DNA from: Promethearchaeota archaeon
GTDB lineage: Archaea; Asgardarchaeota; Lokiarchaeia; Sigyniarchaeales; SOKP01
Length of the DNA stretch: 64,000 nt
Assembly (NCBI GenBank): GCA_016840085.1
Contig: JAEOTA010000012.1
Coordinates: forward strand, 1 to 64,000
Reading direction: 5' to 3'
The translations under genes were made by a program, and so were the position numbers. Shown here in pieces: positions 63,228 through 64,000 of this stretch. Numbering within the stretch: position 1 is the first letter of the stretch; every line of letters starts with the position of its first letter. The notes under the pieces were generated by a model, which saw only the letters and a program-made list of their open reading frames with translations, did no database searches and was not told the DNA's origin.

Positions 63228-63824
63228 TCAATACTTCTCCATTATATCAATGACTTCATGTACTTTTTGCTTAATTTTATCATCAACGTTAACAATTACA
63301 ATTCCTTCTGGAATCATAAAATGTGAGTCAGTAATCGGGGGTTGACCATAAAAAACGAAATGCTTAGTTTGTTCTTCTATAGGAATTTCTAAGACAAGAG
63401 GAAGGACTAATAAATCTTCTTCTCCTTCAATTATTTTAATTAAGGTTTTCTTACCAGATTTAATAACATTTCTAAATAACTTCCAAGAATCTTTATCGAT
63501 AGTACCCTCAGGATTTTTAAATTCAATGATTTTTTCAAAAAATTCTTCAAAAGTAATTTTAATTTGATTTCTTTGGGTCTTCTCATCGATAATACAGATC
63601 TTTACATAATTCTTTAAAAATTGATTAGAGAAGAAATCTTTCGCAACAATATCCCCAACAATATAAAATTCTATTTTTACCCCAGATTTAAGATAATCTC
63701 TAAACATATTTTCTACTTGGGTTATTGTTTCTTCTCGATTTCCAGCGAGTAGTATATCTAAAGGATCTGTAAAATAATGTCTTTGATTATGGGGAATCCG
63801 TAAATTATACTCCATGTAATTCAA
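63228..63824 (-). CDS. DUF359 GTP-dependent dephospho-CoA kinase
   Basis: VGD, IIDEKTQR, NPEGTI, GEEDL, YGQP; conserved position before S24e. Confidence 0.88.
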   Translation of the reverse strand: MNYMEYNLRIPHNQRHYFTDPLDILLAGNREETITQVENMFRDYLKSGVKIEFYIVGDIVAKDFFSNQFLKNYVKICIIDEKTQRNQIKITFEEFFEKIIEFKNPEGTIDKDSWKLFRNVIKSGKKTLIKIIEGEEDLLVLPLVLEIPIEEQTKHFVFYGQPPITDSHFMIPEGIVIVNVDDKIKQKVHEVIDIMEKY

Positions 63825-64000
63825 GGTATTAAAGCAAACAAAACTTAAAAATAATTACCCTCAACTTGATTAATTTAAAGAATTATAGCAAAATGGAGAA
63901 AAAAATTAAAATAAAATATCTTTTCTTTATCTATTTAGAATTAGACAAGATATTAAATTTATTATAGATTAATTTGCGCTCTCTTCTTACATCACGCAAA

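Noticed and set aside
63932-64000. Possible 3' end of a minus-strand gene at the window edge
   Set aside because: Too little sequence to fix the frame or identity

Overview
AT-rich archaeal chromosome segment, very probably an Asgard archaeon of the Lokiarchaeia/Promethearchaeia. Support: archaeal ribosomal and KEOPS genes, two gelsolin-like proteins, a Loki-type LRR-associated domain and a Loki-CTERM-like anchor. Positions 1-19.6 kb form a beta-oligosaccharide utilisation locus (two GH94 phosphorylases, GH130, GH1, GH2, an Opp/Dpp-type ABC importer and an ArsR-like regulator). Positions 20-49 kb carry metabolic genes (acyl-CoA enzymes, deoxyhypusine synthase, pdaD, leuA/C/D, fae-hps, ADH), a paralogous surface-protein / membrane-anchored wHTH pair, a TrmB-like protein split by a giant coiled coil, and a HEPN module. 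Positions 52-64 kb carry translation and transcription genes around a decayed virus-like patch. The most striking observation is an RNA polymerase subunit N (rpoN/rpo10) gene, missed by the ORF track, that is interrupted by a 31-nt stop-containing insert. The insert sits in a relaxed bulge-helix-bulge fold and between matched GUA codons, so it is a candidate mRNA intron or translational-bypass element. The gene is followed by an antisense arm that pairs with its 3' end and then by a second, purely synonymously recoded copy of that 3' end. Several genes also appear to start at ATA, ATT or ATC. All family calls come from motif recognition by eye; no searches were run.
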